64,000 bases of DNA from Promethearchaeota archaeon (lineage in GTDB: Archaea; Asgardarchaeota; Lokiarchaeia; Sigyniarchaeales; SOKP01). The stretch spans positions 64,001-128,000 of the forward strand of contig JBHLON010000003.1 of NCBI GenBank assembly GCA_048940445.1. The letters run 5' to 3'. Made by a program: the position numbers and the translations under genes. How positions within the stretch are numbered: the first letter of the stretch is position 1; every line of letters begins with the position of its first letter. The notes beneath the pieces were generated by a model, which worked only from the letters and a program-made list of their open reading frames with translations, did no database searches and was not told the DNA's origin. Of the stretch, positions 36,688 through 45,668 are shown piece after piece.

Positions 36688-39330
36688 ATGAACAAATTAT
36701 ATGAAAGAAAGAAATCTCATTTAGACTATTACATTTTCTTTTTAATCCTAATTCTTATAATCTTAACAAGTTTCTATAGTTATTTGCTATTTCATACTCT
36801 TGCTGAATTTTTTAGTATTGTAATAAAAATTACAATATTCTCTATTTTATGGAATTCAAGAGAACATCTAGATAATTCATTCTTTTTAGTTGTGGGTTTA
36901 TCTTTTATATTTATAGGATTTATAGACTTACTCCACACATTAGCCTATACTGGAATGAATATTTTCTTTGGTTATGGTACCAATCTTCCTACGCAATTAT
37001 GGATAGCCGCGAGGTATTTGCAAGCAATAACATTTTTAATAGCTTCTTTAGTTTTAAGGAAAACAGTCAACGGAAACTATTTCCTCATTGGATTCTCTCT
37101 TTACACAGGATTAATTATAACATTTATTTTTATGGGAATATTCCCAGTATGCTATATAGATCCAAATTTAGGATTAACACCTTTTAAAATAATAAGTGAA
37201 TATGTTATCGACACTATATTAATAATAACTATTTATATACTGTATAGGAAGCGTTCCACTTTTGATAAGAACATATTCTTTTTAATCATCAGCTCAATGA
37301 TCATAACTATAGCTTCCGAGTTATCATTTACATTATATACTACTGCTGTTGGCATCCCCAATTTAATTGGTCATATCTTTAAAATTATGGCTTTTTTTCT
37401 ATTATATAAAGCAATAATTAGTATAGGATTAAAAAATCCAATTGATCTTTTATACCGAAAATTAAAATTGAGCGAAGAGAAGTATAGACTATTTGTAGAG
37501 AGTGCCCATGAAGGCATTTGGGTAATCGATAAAAATGCTTATACTACCTATATCAATAAAAGAATAATGGAAATTCTGGGATACTCTGAACAAGAAATGA
37601 TTGGAAAACATTTATTTGTTTTTATGGATAAGGAAAATATTGAAAGATCCAAGTATTATTTGAAAAGGAGACAACAAGGTATTAAAGAACAACATGATTT
37701 TGAATTTTTACATAAAAATGGTAAAAAAGTTTATACTAGATTAGAAACAGCACCCTTTCTTGATGAAAAACAAGAGTATGATGGTGCAATTGCTTTTATA
37801 TCAGATATAACAGAAAAAAAAAAAGCAGAAGAAGCACTCATCAACAGTGAAAAAAAATATCGCAATTTAGTTGAGAATATACCCAACGTAATTTATTCAA
37901 CTTTGGCAAATGAAAGAAGGACTGTAATCTTTATTTCAGATTTGTGGAAAGTATGGACGGGTATAACTCCAGAAGAACATTATAATGATGAGAACATGTG
38001 GCTAAAAATCATTCATCCTGAGGATCGAGATAAAATAAAGAAGCAATTTCATGAAAATATTTCTTCAAAAAGAGGATATGATCTAGAATATCGTGCAATT
38101 CATAAGGATACAGAGGAAGTGTTTTATTTAAGAGACCAAGGAGTCCCTATTGAGGATGAAACAGGTAAAATAATTCGATATGATGGAATTATCTCAAATA
38201 TAACTTTACAAAAAAAATTTGAAAAAGCTCTAAAGAAAAGCGAAAGTGAATTGAAGGAAATTGTAAAAGAGATAACATGCTTATATCGAATTTCAGGTTT
38301 CGCTTCTAGCTTTAACAAGGATGAATCGGATTTATTTAAAGAAATTCTTGAAATACTTCCCTCAGCGTTTCAATTTCCAGAAAGAACATACGCAAGAATC
38401 ATATTTGATGGACAAGAATTTAGTTCTAAAAATTTTAAATTCTCTGATTGGAATATAAAAGCAGATATTAAAGTACATGATAAAAAAATGGGTTTAGTTG
38501 AAATATTTCTACACAACAATATTCCTAAGTCTAATGAGAAACCTTTTTTAAAAGAAGAAGAGGATTTAAATCGTGCAATTGCTGAAATAATCAGTAGATT
38601 TATAGAACATAAAAAAGCCGAACAAAAATTAGAGCAATTTGTATCTACTGTGTCGCATGAATTACGTAATCCTATAGCGGTTTTAATGATGTCGTTAAAT
38701 TACTTAAATAAATACAAAGAAAATATTACAGATGAGCAAAAAGGTAGTTTAATGCGTGGAATCATAAGAAACGTTAATTTACTTAATGAATTAGTTAATG
38801 ATCTTCTAACATTATCAAGAATAGAAGAGAAAAAAATGGTGTTAGAATGGAAGATTTATTCACCTCCTGAGATGGTCTCTGAAGTTCTGGACTTAATGGA
38901 ACCAAACTTTAGATCAAAAGATATTATAATAGAATTGGATATAAAAAAAGATCTAATGTTAATGGGAGATGTTAATATTGTTAAACAAATTTTTAGAATC
39001 TTCATAGATAACGCTTGCAAATATTCTGAGAGGGGATCTAAAATCGTCATTAAAGCTATTGATCAATATTTTGGAAAGTTTAATCCTGAAAGAAAAGATG
39101 GAATTCTATTTCAAATTATAGATTTTGGAATAGGAATACATAAAGAGGATATTCCTTTTATTTTCGATAGATTTTATCGAGCCAACTCGGTCAAAGATAT
39201 ACCCGGAACGGGACTTGGATTGACAATAGCAAAAGAGTTGATTCAGCTTCATCAAGGAAAAGTATATGTTGAAAGCGAATTTGGAAATGGAACGATTTTT
39301 TCAATTTTTTTTCCAAAGATTCAAATTTAA
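36688..39330 (+). CDS. MASE3-PAS-PAS sensor histidine kinase
   Basis: YLLFHTLAEFFSI/DLLHTLAY/QLWIAARY (MASE3); two PAS/PAC domains; H-box VSHELRNP; N, D/F and G boxes (GTGLGL). Confidence 0.92.
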   Translation: MNKLYERKKSHLDYYIFFLILILIILTSFYSYLLFHTLAEFFSIVIKITIFSILWNSREHLDNSFFLVVGLSFIFIGFIDLLHTLAYTGMNIFFGYGTNLPTQLWIAARYLQAITFLIASLVLRKTVNGNYFLIGFSLYTGLIITFIFMGIFPVCYIDPNLGLTPFKIISEYVIDTILIITIYILYRKRSTFDKNIFFLIISSMIITIASELSFTLYTTAVGIPNLIGHIFKIMAFFLLYKAIISIGLKNPIDLLYRKLKLSEEKYRLFVESAHEGIWVIDKNAYTTYINKRIMEILGYSEQEMIGKHLFVFMDKENIERSKYYLKRRQQGIKEQHDFEFLHKNGKKVYTRLETAPFLDEKQEYDGAIAFISDITEKKKAEEALINSEKKYRNLVENIPNVIYSTLANERRTVIFISDLWKVWTGITPEEHYNDENMWLKIIHPEDRDKIKKQFHENISSKRGYDLEYRAIHKDTEEVFYLRDQGVPIEDETGKIIRYDGIISNITLQKKFEKALKKSESELKEIVKEITCLYRISGFASSFNKDESDLFKEILEILPSAFQFPERTYARIIFDGQEFSSKNFKFSDWNIKADIKVHDKKMGLVEIFLHNNIPKSNEKPFLKEEEDLNRAIAEIISRFIEHKKAEQKLEQFVSTVSHELRNPIAVLMMSLNYLNKYKENITDEQKGSLMRGIIRNVNLLNELVNDLLTLSRIEEKKMVLEWKIYSPPEMVSEVLDLMEPNFRSKDIIIELDIKKDLMLMGDVNIVKQIFRIFIDNACKYSERGSKIVIKAIDQYFGKFNPERKDGILFQIIDFGIGIHKEDIPFIFDRFYRANSVKDIPGTGLGLTIAKELIQLHQGKVYVESEFGNGTIFSIFFPKIQI

Positions 39331-39403
39331 ATATTGAAAAATCTTAAATAATGATTCAATAAATATAAAAATTAAGACATCCATTTTAATGTAGGGCTTA
39401 TTA

Positions 39404-40297
39404 ATGAAACCCCTAATCATGATTGTAGAGGATAATGTGGATCTCCTTTATGCTATTAAATTGACTTTAGAAGCTAATAAATTTCGAGTAATTTCAGCTA
39501 AAAATGGAAGGGAAGCACTCGATCTTATTTCACAATCATATAATCCTCCTGAAGTTATAATAAGTGACATTATAATGCCCGATATAGATGGATACGAATT
39601 CTTTACAGAAGTTTCAAAAAACCCGAGATTAAATCAAATTCCTTTTATCTTCCTAACAGCTAAATCGTCTCCAGAAGATATTCGTTTCGGTAAACTATTA
39701 GGAGTAGATGACTATTTAACGAAACCCTTTAATGAAGATGATTTATTAGCTGTTATTTCCGGTAAAATAGCAAGAAATGAGAAAAGAAAAAATATAAAAG
39801 AAAAGATGGAAGTAATCTTATCGTCTCTTGATATTGAACCTTCAATTTCAATGGATGATCAAGAAAAAATTTTTTTGCTCTTAATGTATTGGGATGATAA
39901 ATATGGTCCAAAATTACAAGATCATTACCCTAAAACTAATATACTTTCTGTATCTTTTGAAGATATTGGAAATCAGCTTTTTCAGGCAACATTATTTATA
40001 TATGGGCATGGAAAAATCACGAATGCCGAAGGAATTCTTTTAAATCTTGAAAACATCAAAATGTCTGGTTATGCTTACTTCGATTCATATCCCGCAGAAC
40101 ATGAACGATTTGGTCAAAAGCAATATATGTTAGCTGTTATTGCACCAAATATTAGTTATTTTCATTCTTTAAAGATAAAGGCAATATTTAACCAAATTTC
40201 AAGAAGAATAAATAGTAAAATGAAAATTGATCTCAAAGCTTTATGGACAGAAATTACTACTATCCTAACTTCAAGTATAATTCCTTTGAATCCTTGA
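39404..40297 (+). CDS. response regulator with C-terminal longin/uDENN-like output domain
   Basis: REC with IVED, phosphoacceptor D55, LTA and KPF; C-domain starts LLMYWDDKYGPKLQDHYP. Confidence 0.8.
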   Translation: MKPLIMIVEDNVDLLYAIKLTLEANKFRVISAKNGREALDLISQSYNPPEVIISDIIMPDIDGYEFFTEVSKNPRLNQIPFIFLTAKSSPEDIRFGKLLGVDDYLTKPFNEDDLLAVISGKIARNEKRKNIKEKMEVILSSLDIEPSISMDDQEKIFLLLMYWDDKYGPKLQDHYPKTNILSVSFEDIGNQLFQATLFIYGHGKITNAEGILLNLENIKMSGYAYFDSYPAEHERFGQKQYMLAVIAPNISYFHSLKIKAIFNQISRRINSKMKIDLKALWTEITTILTSSIIPLNP

Positions 40298-40316
40298 TTT
40301 CTCCTTGCTCTTAATT

Positions 40317-41255
40317 TTAATCTTCAAACAAGTCTGTTGATAAGTATCTCTCTCCGGTATCAGGTAAAATTATTACGATATTTTCACCTTTCTTAAACTT
40401 TTTTGAAACTATATGAATACCTGCCCATGTTGCAGCCCCACTAGAGACACCTACAAAAATTCCTTCTAATTTAGCTAATTTTCTTGAGGTTTCTACGGCA
40501 TCTTCATATTCAACTTGAATTATTTCATCATAAATTTCAGTGTTTAATACATCAGGTATAAACCCTGCACCAATCCCTTGAATTTTGTGAGGGCCTGGTT
40601 CACCTCCAGATAACACAGGAGAATCTTTTGGCTCTACGGCATAAATTTTTATACTTGGCCCGATTTTCTTTTTAAGCATTTCACCAACACCCGTAATTGT
40701 TCCTCCAGTTCCTATTCCTGCTATAAATCCATCAACTTTCCCTTCTAGATCATTGTATATTTCATTTGCAGTAGTTATACGGTGTATTTGAGGATTAGCT
40801 TCATTTTTAAATTGTTGAGGTATGAATACTTTGTCTTTTTCTTTAGATAACTCTTCGGCCTTTTCAATAGCACCTTTCATTCCTTTAGCGGCTGGAGTCA
40901 AGACTAATTCAGCTCCATATGCTTTTAAAATCTTCCTTCTTTCAACGGACATGCTCTCAGGCATAGTAAGAATTAATTTATAACCTTTGGCAGCGCAAAC
41001 TAAAGCTAAACCAATTCCTGTGTTACCTGATGTTGGTTCAATAATTATTGTATCTCTTTTTAAAATATTAGCCTTTTCAGCCGCTTCAATCATAGCCATA
41101 CAAATCCTATCCTTAACACTAGAACCAGGATTGAAAGCTTCAATTTTTACAAAAATATTTGGTTCTATTCCTTCAGTAACTTTATTAAGTTTTACTAAGG
41201 GCGTATTTCCTATTGTTTCAATTATGTTATCATATACTTTCATTATTTTAAGCAC
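40317..41255 (-). CDS. cysK: cysteine synthase A (O-acetylserine sulfhydrylase)
   Basis: [32 protein letters not shown] and PDTGERYLS motifs. Confidence 0.97.
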   Translation of the reverse strand: MLKIMKVYDNIIETIGNTPLVKLNKVTEGIEPNIFVKIEAFNPGSSVKDRICMAMIEAAEKANILKRDTIIIEPTSGNTGIGLALVCAAKGYKLILTMPESMSVERRKILKAYGAELVLTPAAKGMKGAIEKAEELSKEKDKVFIPQQFKNEANPQIHRITTANEIYNDLEGKVDGFIAGIGTGGTITGVGEMLKKKIGPSIKIYAVEPKDSPVLSGGEPGPHKIQGIGAGFIPDVLNTEIYDEIIQVEYEDAVETSRKLAKLEGIFVGVSSGAATWAGIHIVSKKFKKGENIVIILPDTGERYLSTDLFED

Positions 41256-41282
41256 TCTTTTATTTTAATTTTAAAATTCAAA

Positions 41283-42128
41283 TTAAATTCCTCCCCCATA
41301 ATTTCCATAGAATATCTCTATTTCATCCTGTCGTTTGTCCGAAGATATTGAAAAAGTGGTCTCTAAATGTTTAATTCTTTTTTCTAAACTTGAGAGTGCT
41401 ATTGAAATAGGATCAGGTAAATCCCCATGTCTTAAATCAATTTTCTCAATTTTCTCTCCTTTTCGGGATATAACTTTCCCAGGCACTCCAACAACTACTG
41501 AATTTGGTGGAACATCTTCAACGACCACTGAATTTGCTCCTATTCTTACATTGTCTCCTATCGTAACAGGTCCTAATATTTTCGCTCCAGTGCCAATCAC
41601 TACATCATTACCAATAGTTGGATGACGTTTTCCCTTTTCTAGTCTAGTGCCTCCAAGTACTACTCCAGCATATATCGTAACATTATTACCAATAATGCTG
41701 GTCTCACCAATAACTACGCTTCCTCCATGATCGATGAAGAAATCACTTCCAATTTTCGCTCCTGGATGAATTTCAATACCGCTAAGATCTCGAGAAATCT
41801 CTGAAAGATACCTTGGTACAAAAGGCATTTTAATTTTCCAGAAAAAATGTGCTATACGATGCATCAAAATGGCCTTGATTCCAGGATAGCTAGTTAATAC
41901 TTCTATTAAGGTGTTAGCAGCAGGATCTTTATTAAAAGCAGCGTTTACATCGGAGATAAAGAAATCCAAAATTCTTTGCAGATTCTCATTGATTTCTTTG
42001 TGATTTATATCTTCTGATTTGAAATCTAATTTTAGCATACATTCTGTGCATTCACTATGAAATTTTGCGGCTTTGACTCCTAATTTCTTACCACAATTCA
42101 AACATCTTATAAATTCTTCGGTTTTCAT
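41283..42128 (-). CDS. cysE: serine O-acetyltransferase with N-terminal CxxC...CxxC extension
   Basis: DPAA, IEIHPGA.IG, FIDHG and KRHPTIG motifs; ends YGGGI. Confidence 0.95.
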   Translation of the reverse strand: MKTEEFIRCLNCGKKLGVKAAKFHSECTECMLKLDFKSEDINHKEINENLQRILDFFISDVNAAFNKDPAANTLIEVLTSYPGIKAILMHRIAHFFWKIKMPFVPRYLSEISRDLSGIEIHPGAKIGSDFFIDHGGSVVIGETSIIGNNVTIYAGVVLGGTRLEKGKRHPTIGNDVVIGTGAKILGPVTIGDNVRIGANSVVVEDVPPNSVVVGVPGKVISRKGEKIEKIDLRHGDLPDPISIALSSLEKRIKHLETTFSISSDKRQDEIEIFYGNYGGGI

Positions 42129-42270
42129 TCTGTCATATTTTAGATTATCTTAATAATGAAAATAAATTCACTACAAACAAATAAGTTTTGTTTATAAATC
42201 ATAAAAGTTTATCATCTTTTTTTTAATATGAATAATATAATAACTCAAAATGAAACTTAAATGAAAACAA

Positions 42271-43452
42271 GTGAGGAAAACTATGAGTGTAAATTGGCAA
42301 AAAATAAGAAATGAACAATTTCCATCTTTAAAAAAAATAACTTATATTATGGCAGGATCTGCATCTCCCTTAAGTATGGAAGCATATAGGAGAGGTGTAT
42401 CTTATTTTGAAGATATGTTGTATTATGGTGACATTCATTATGACGATTTTATTGAACAGGTTGAGCAAACTAGAAAAAATGTTGCTGAATATCTTAATGT
42501 TAAACCAGAAAATATAGCTTTTTTGACAAATACTTCATCAGGGATGAATATTGTTGCTAGATTTTTAGAAAATGGTGAATTTTTATATCCCTCAATCGAA
42601 TTTCCTGCTTCTGTGCATATTTTTAAGCGCTTAAAGTTTCCAAGTATAAAAGTAAACGATACAAACCATCGCTATTTAATTGAAAATTTCAATCAATATA
42701 TATCAGATAAGACTAAATATATCATCCATAGCCACGTCCAATCACTCACAGGATTTAGGCAAGATCTTAAAAAACTAGGTGCATTTTGCGAAGAATATCA
42801 TATACTTAATATAATAAATGCAACCCAGTCATTTTGTTCTTTTAATATTGATACAAAAAATTCTAATATTGATATCCTTACTGCTAATCCATTAAAATGG
42901 GGTGCATGTGGCTATGGAGTAGGAATTCTCTATATGAATCCTACTCTTTTAAGTGAAAAAGAGATTCCATTTTCTAGTTGGTTAAGTGTTGCTGATCCTT
43001 TTTATTTAAATAATGAAAATATTAATGTAATTAACAAAGTAAAGTATATGGATGCTTTTGGAGGGTGCTCTAACATTCCAGCACTTCTATCGTTTACTGG
43101 TAGTCTAGATTTAATTAAATATCAAATAGGGAAAGGTAAGATTAAGGATGGTATTAAAAGAATCCAAGAAAGAATCATTCATTTAACAGATATTTTCCTT
43201 GAAGAGATTAAAGCTTATAATATTAAGATAATAACACCTTTAGAAACTGAATTTAGATCAGGAATAATTACTCTCGAACACCAAAAAGCAGAGAAAATTT
43301 ATAATGACTTAGTAAAAAATCAGATTTATATTACCTTGAAACGTTATCCAAATGTTCCCGAACAAACATTACTTCGATTTGCTTTTCATTACTATAATAA
43401 CGAAAACGATATTAAGAGAGTAATGAAAGTTTTTAGAATCCTAAATATATAA
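42271..43452 (+). CDS. aminotransferase class V / cysteine desulfurase-like PLP enzyme
   Basis: R..FP, NTSSG, TANPLKW (PLP Lys) and RFAFHYYN motifs. Confidence 0.8.
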   Translation: MRKTMSVNWQKIRNEQFPSLKKITYIMAGSASPLSMEAYRRGVSYFEDMLYYGDIHYDDFIEQVEQTRKNVAEYLNVKPENIAFLTNTSSGMNIVARFLENGEFLYPSIEFPASVHIFKRLKFPSIKVNDTNHRYLIENFNQYISDKTKYIIHSHVQSLTGFRQDLKKLGAFCEEYHILNIINATQSFCSFNIDTKNSNIDILTANPLKWGACGYGVGILYMNPTLLSEKEIPFSSWLSVADPFYLNNENINVINKVKYMDAFGGCSNIPALLSFTGSLDLIKYQIGKGKIKDGIKRIQERIIHLTDIFLEEIKAYNIKIITPLETEFRSGIITLEHQKAEKIYNDLVKNQIYITLKRYPNVPEQTLLRFAFHYYNNENDIKRVMKVFRILNI

Positions 43453-43560
43453 GAAATTCAAATTGACTTCAAATTTTCTTCGAAGTATGAATGAACTTCA
43501 TTTTTAAAAACTTTATTTTGAATTAAAATATAATATGAACTAGAAAAAAATACAAAGAAT

Positions 43561-45435
43561 GTGGTAAAAATGGAATTTGGTTATAGTGGCAATATTTTAA
43601 GAGTTAATCTTTCAACAAACAAAATTTCTATTGAACATCCAGAGGAACTTTTTTATAGAAAGTATATTGGAGGAGAAGGATTCGTAGCATATTTTCTTCT
43701 TAAAGAAACACAAAAGGGATTAAATCCATTAAGCGATAAAAATAAGTTAATTTTTGCTACTGGGCCTTTAACTGGAACGAATATTCCCGGTACGGGACGA
43801 AACAGCATAGGTGCTAAATCTCCTTTAACAGGAGCTATTGGAGTATCTGAAGTAGGTGGATATTGGGGAGCTGAGTTAAAGCATGCGGGATATGATGTGA
43901 TCATTATTGAAGGTAAAGCACATGAACCAAAATATCTCTGGATTCATGACAAAGAAGTTCAAATAAAACCAGCTGGTCATTTATGGGGTAAAGTCACAGG
44001 AGATACACAGAAATTAATTCTAAAGGAATTAGAAGATAAGTACATCCGTGTGGCAAGCATTGGTAAAGCAGGTGAAAATCTAGTGCGATATGCTTGCATT
44101 ATTAATGATTATAGAAATGCTGCGGGACGTAGTGGAATGGGAGCAGTTATGGGGTCAAAGAATTTAAAAGCAATTGCTATTAGGGGTAGTAATAAGCCAA
44201 GAGTAAATAATAAAGAGAAAATCAAGCAAATCCTAAAAGATAGCTATGACATCTTTAAAGGATATAGTCAATATTTTGCCTTTGGTACCGGAGGAAATCG
44301 AATGGAAGAATTTGCATTATCAGGAAATTTACCTACCAGAAATTTTAGAGATGGGAAATTCAAGGATGCAAAATTATTAGATCCTGCTATTTTTAGTGAA
44401 AAAATTAATTTAAAAAGAGAAACTTGTTATGCTTGTCCAATTCGATGCAAAAAAGTTGTTTCTATAAATAGCCCAAATCAAATAGATCCAACATATGGAG
44501 GGCCAGAGTACGAAACTATTGCTGCTTTTGGTTCAAATTGTGGTATCAATGACCCGCTAGCAATTTGCAAGGCAAATGAATTATGTAATAAATACTCTTT
44601 AGATACAATTTCAGCAGGGGTTTCGATAAGTTTTGCAATGGAGTGTTATGAAAATGGAATATTCACAAAAGAAGATACAAATGGATTAAAATTGAATTTC
44701 GGAAATGTTCAAAGTATGTTGAAGTTATTAGAAATGATTGGAAATCGTGAGGGTTTGGGTGATTTATTAGCTAAAGGTGTTAAAAAAGCAGCAGAAAAAA
44801 TAGGAAATGGAGCTCATAGATTTGCTATTCATGTCAAAGGTCAAGAAGTTCCTATGCATGAACCGCGCTTAAAACATGGTTTAGGAATCGGATATGCACT
44901 GTCCCCAACTGGAGCAGAACATATGAAAAATTTTCATGATACTGGATTAACAAATCAGGATCGAATGCAAGGTTTTGCTACTTTTAGTATTTTTGATGCT
45001 CTGCCCTTAGATGATTTAAGCTCAAAAAAGATTAAAACTCTAATTTATCTAACTAATTGGAGAGCGGTGGAAAATAGTCTATTGTTTTGCTTCTTTATGC
45101 CGTTTAGTATTAATCAAGAGGCTGAATTGGTAAAGGCAGTTACTAATTGGGATGTATCTACTTGGGAGTTAATGAAACTAGGAGAGAGGATAAATATTAT
45201 GGAGAGAATGTTCAATATTAGAGAGGGATTTAATAGAAATGACGATTGGCTCCCTACAAGATTCTTTAAACCACACACTTCAGGAGCACTAAAAGAGATT
45301 TCTATAGATCCAAAAAAGTTTGAAAATGCGAGGAATATTTATTATAATATTATGGGTTGGAATCAAGATGGTATACCTACTCGTATTAAGCTTAATGAGC
45401 TTGACATTGAGTGGATTAATTTTGATTCAAAATGA
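43561..45435 (+). CDS. aor: tungsten aldehyde:ferredoxin oxidoreductase
   Basis: AAGRSGMGAVMGSKNLKA, CYACPIRC, GPEYET and SLDTIS motifs. Confidence 0.92.
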   Translation: MVKMEFGYSGNILRVNLSTNKISIEHPEELFYRKYIGGEGFVAYFLLKETQKGLNPLSDKNKLIFATGPLTGTNIPGTGRNSIGAKSPLTGAIGVSEVGGYWGAELKHAGYDVIIIEGKAHEPKYLWIHDKEVQIKPAGHLWGKVTGDTQKLILKELEDKYIRVASIGKAGENLVRYACIINDYRNAAGRSGMGAVMGSKNLKAIAIRGSNKPRVNNKEKIKQILKDSYDIFKGYSQYFAFGTGGNRMEEFALSGNLPTRNFRDGKFKDAKLLDPAIFSEKINLKRETCYACPIRCKKVVSINSPNQIDPTYGGPEYETIAAFGSNCGINDPLAICKANELCNKYSLDTISAGVSISFAMECYENGIFTKEDTNGLKLNFGNVQSMLKLLEMIGNREGLGDLLAKGVKKAAEKIGNGAHRFAIHVKGQEVPMHEPRLKHGLGIGYALSPTGAEHMKNFHDTGLTNQDRMQGFATFSIFDALPLDDLSSKKIKTLIYLTNWRAVENSLLFCFFMPFSINQEAELVKAVTNWDVSTWELMKLGERINIMERMFNIREGFNRNDDWLPTRFFKPHTSGALKEISIDPKKFENARNIYYNIMGWNQDGIPTRIKLNELDIEWINFDSK

Positions 45436-45668
45436 TAAAGAAATAAATTCGATTTTTTATTATTTGCTGTATGTAATTCTTACAAACGCTAATTATAAAG
45501 CTACATTGAATGAGTTTTATGAATAGATCATTATATTTGAATCTATAATAATTATAAAAAATCAAAGGCATATACTAATATATAAATAGATGTGTCTTTA
45601 CTTCAGTTATAGAAGATTAAAATATCATTCTGCAGAAGAATAGAAAAGAATCTTCCAAGGTATTCTCT

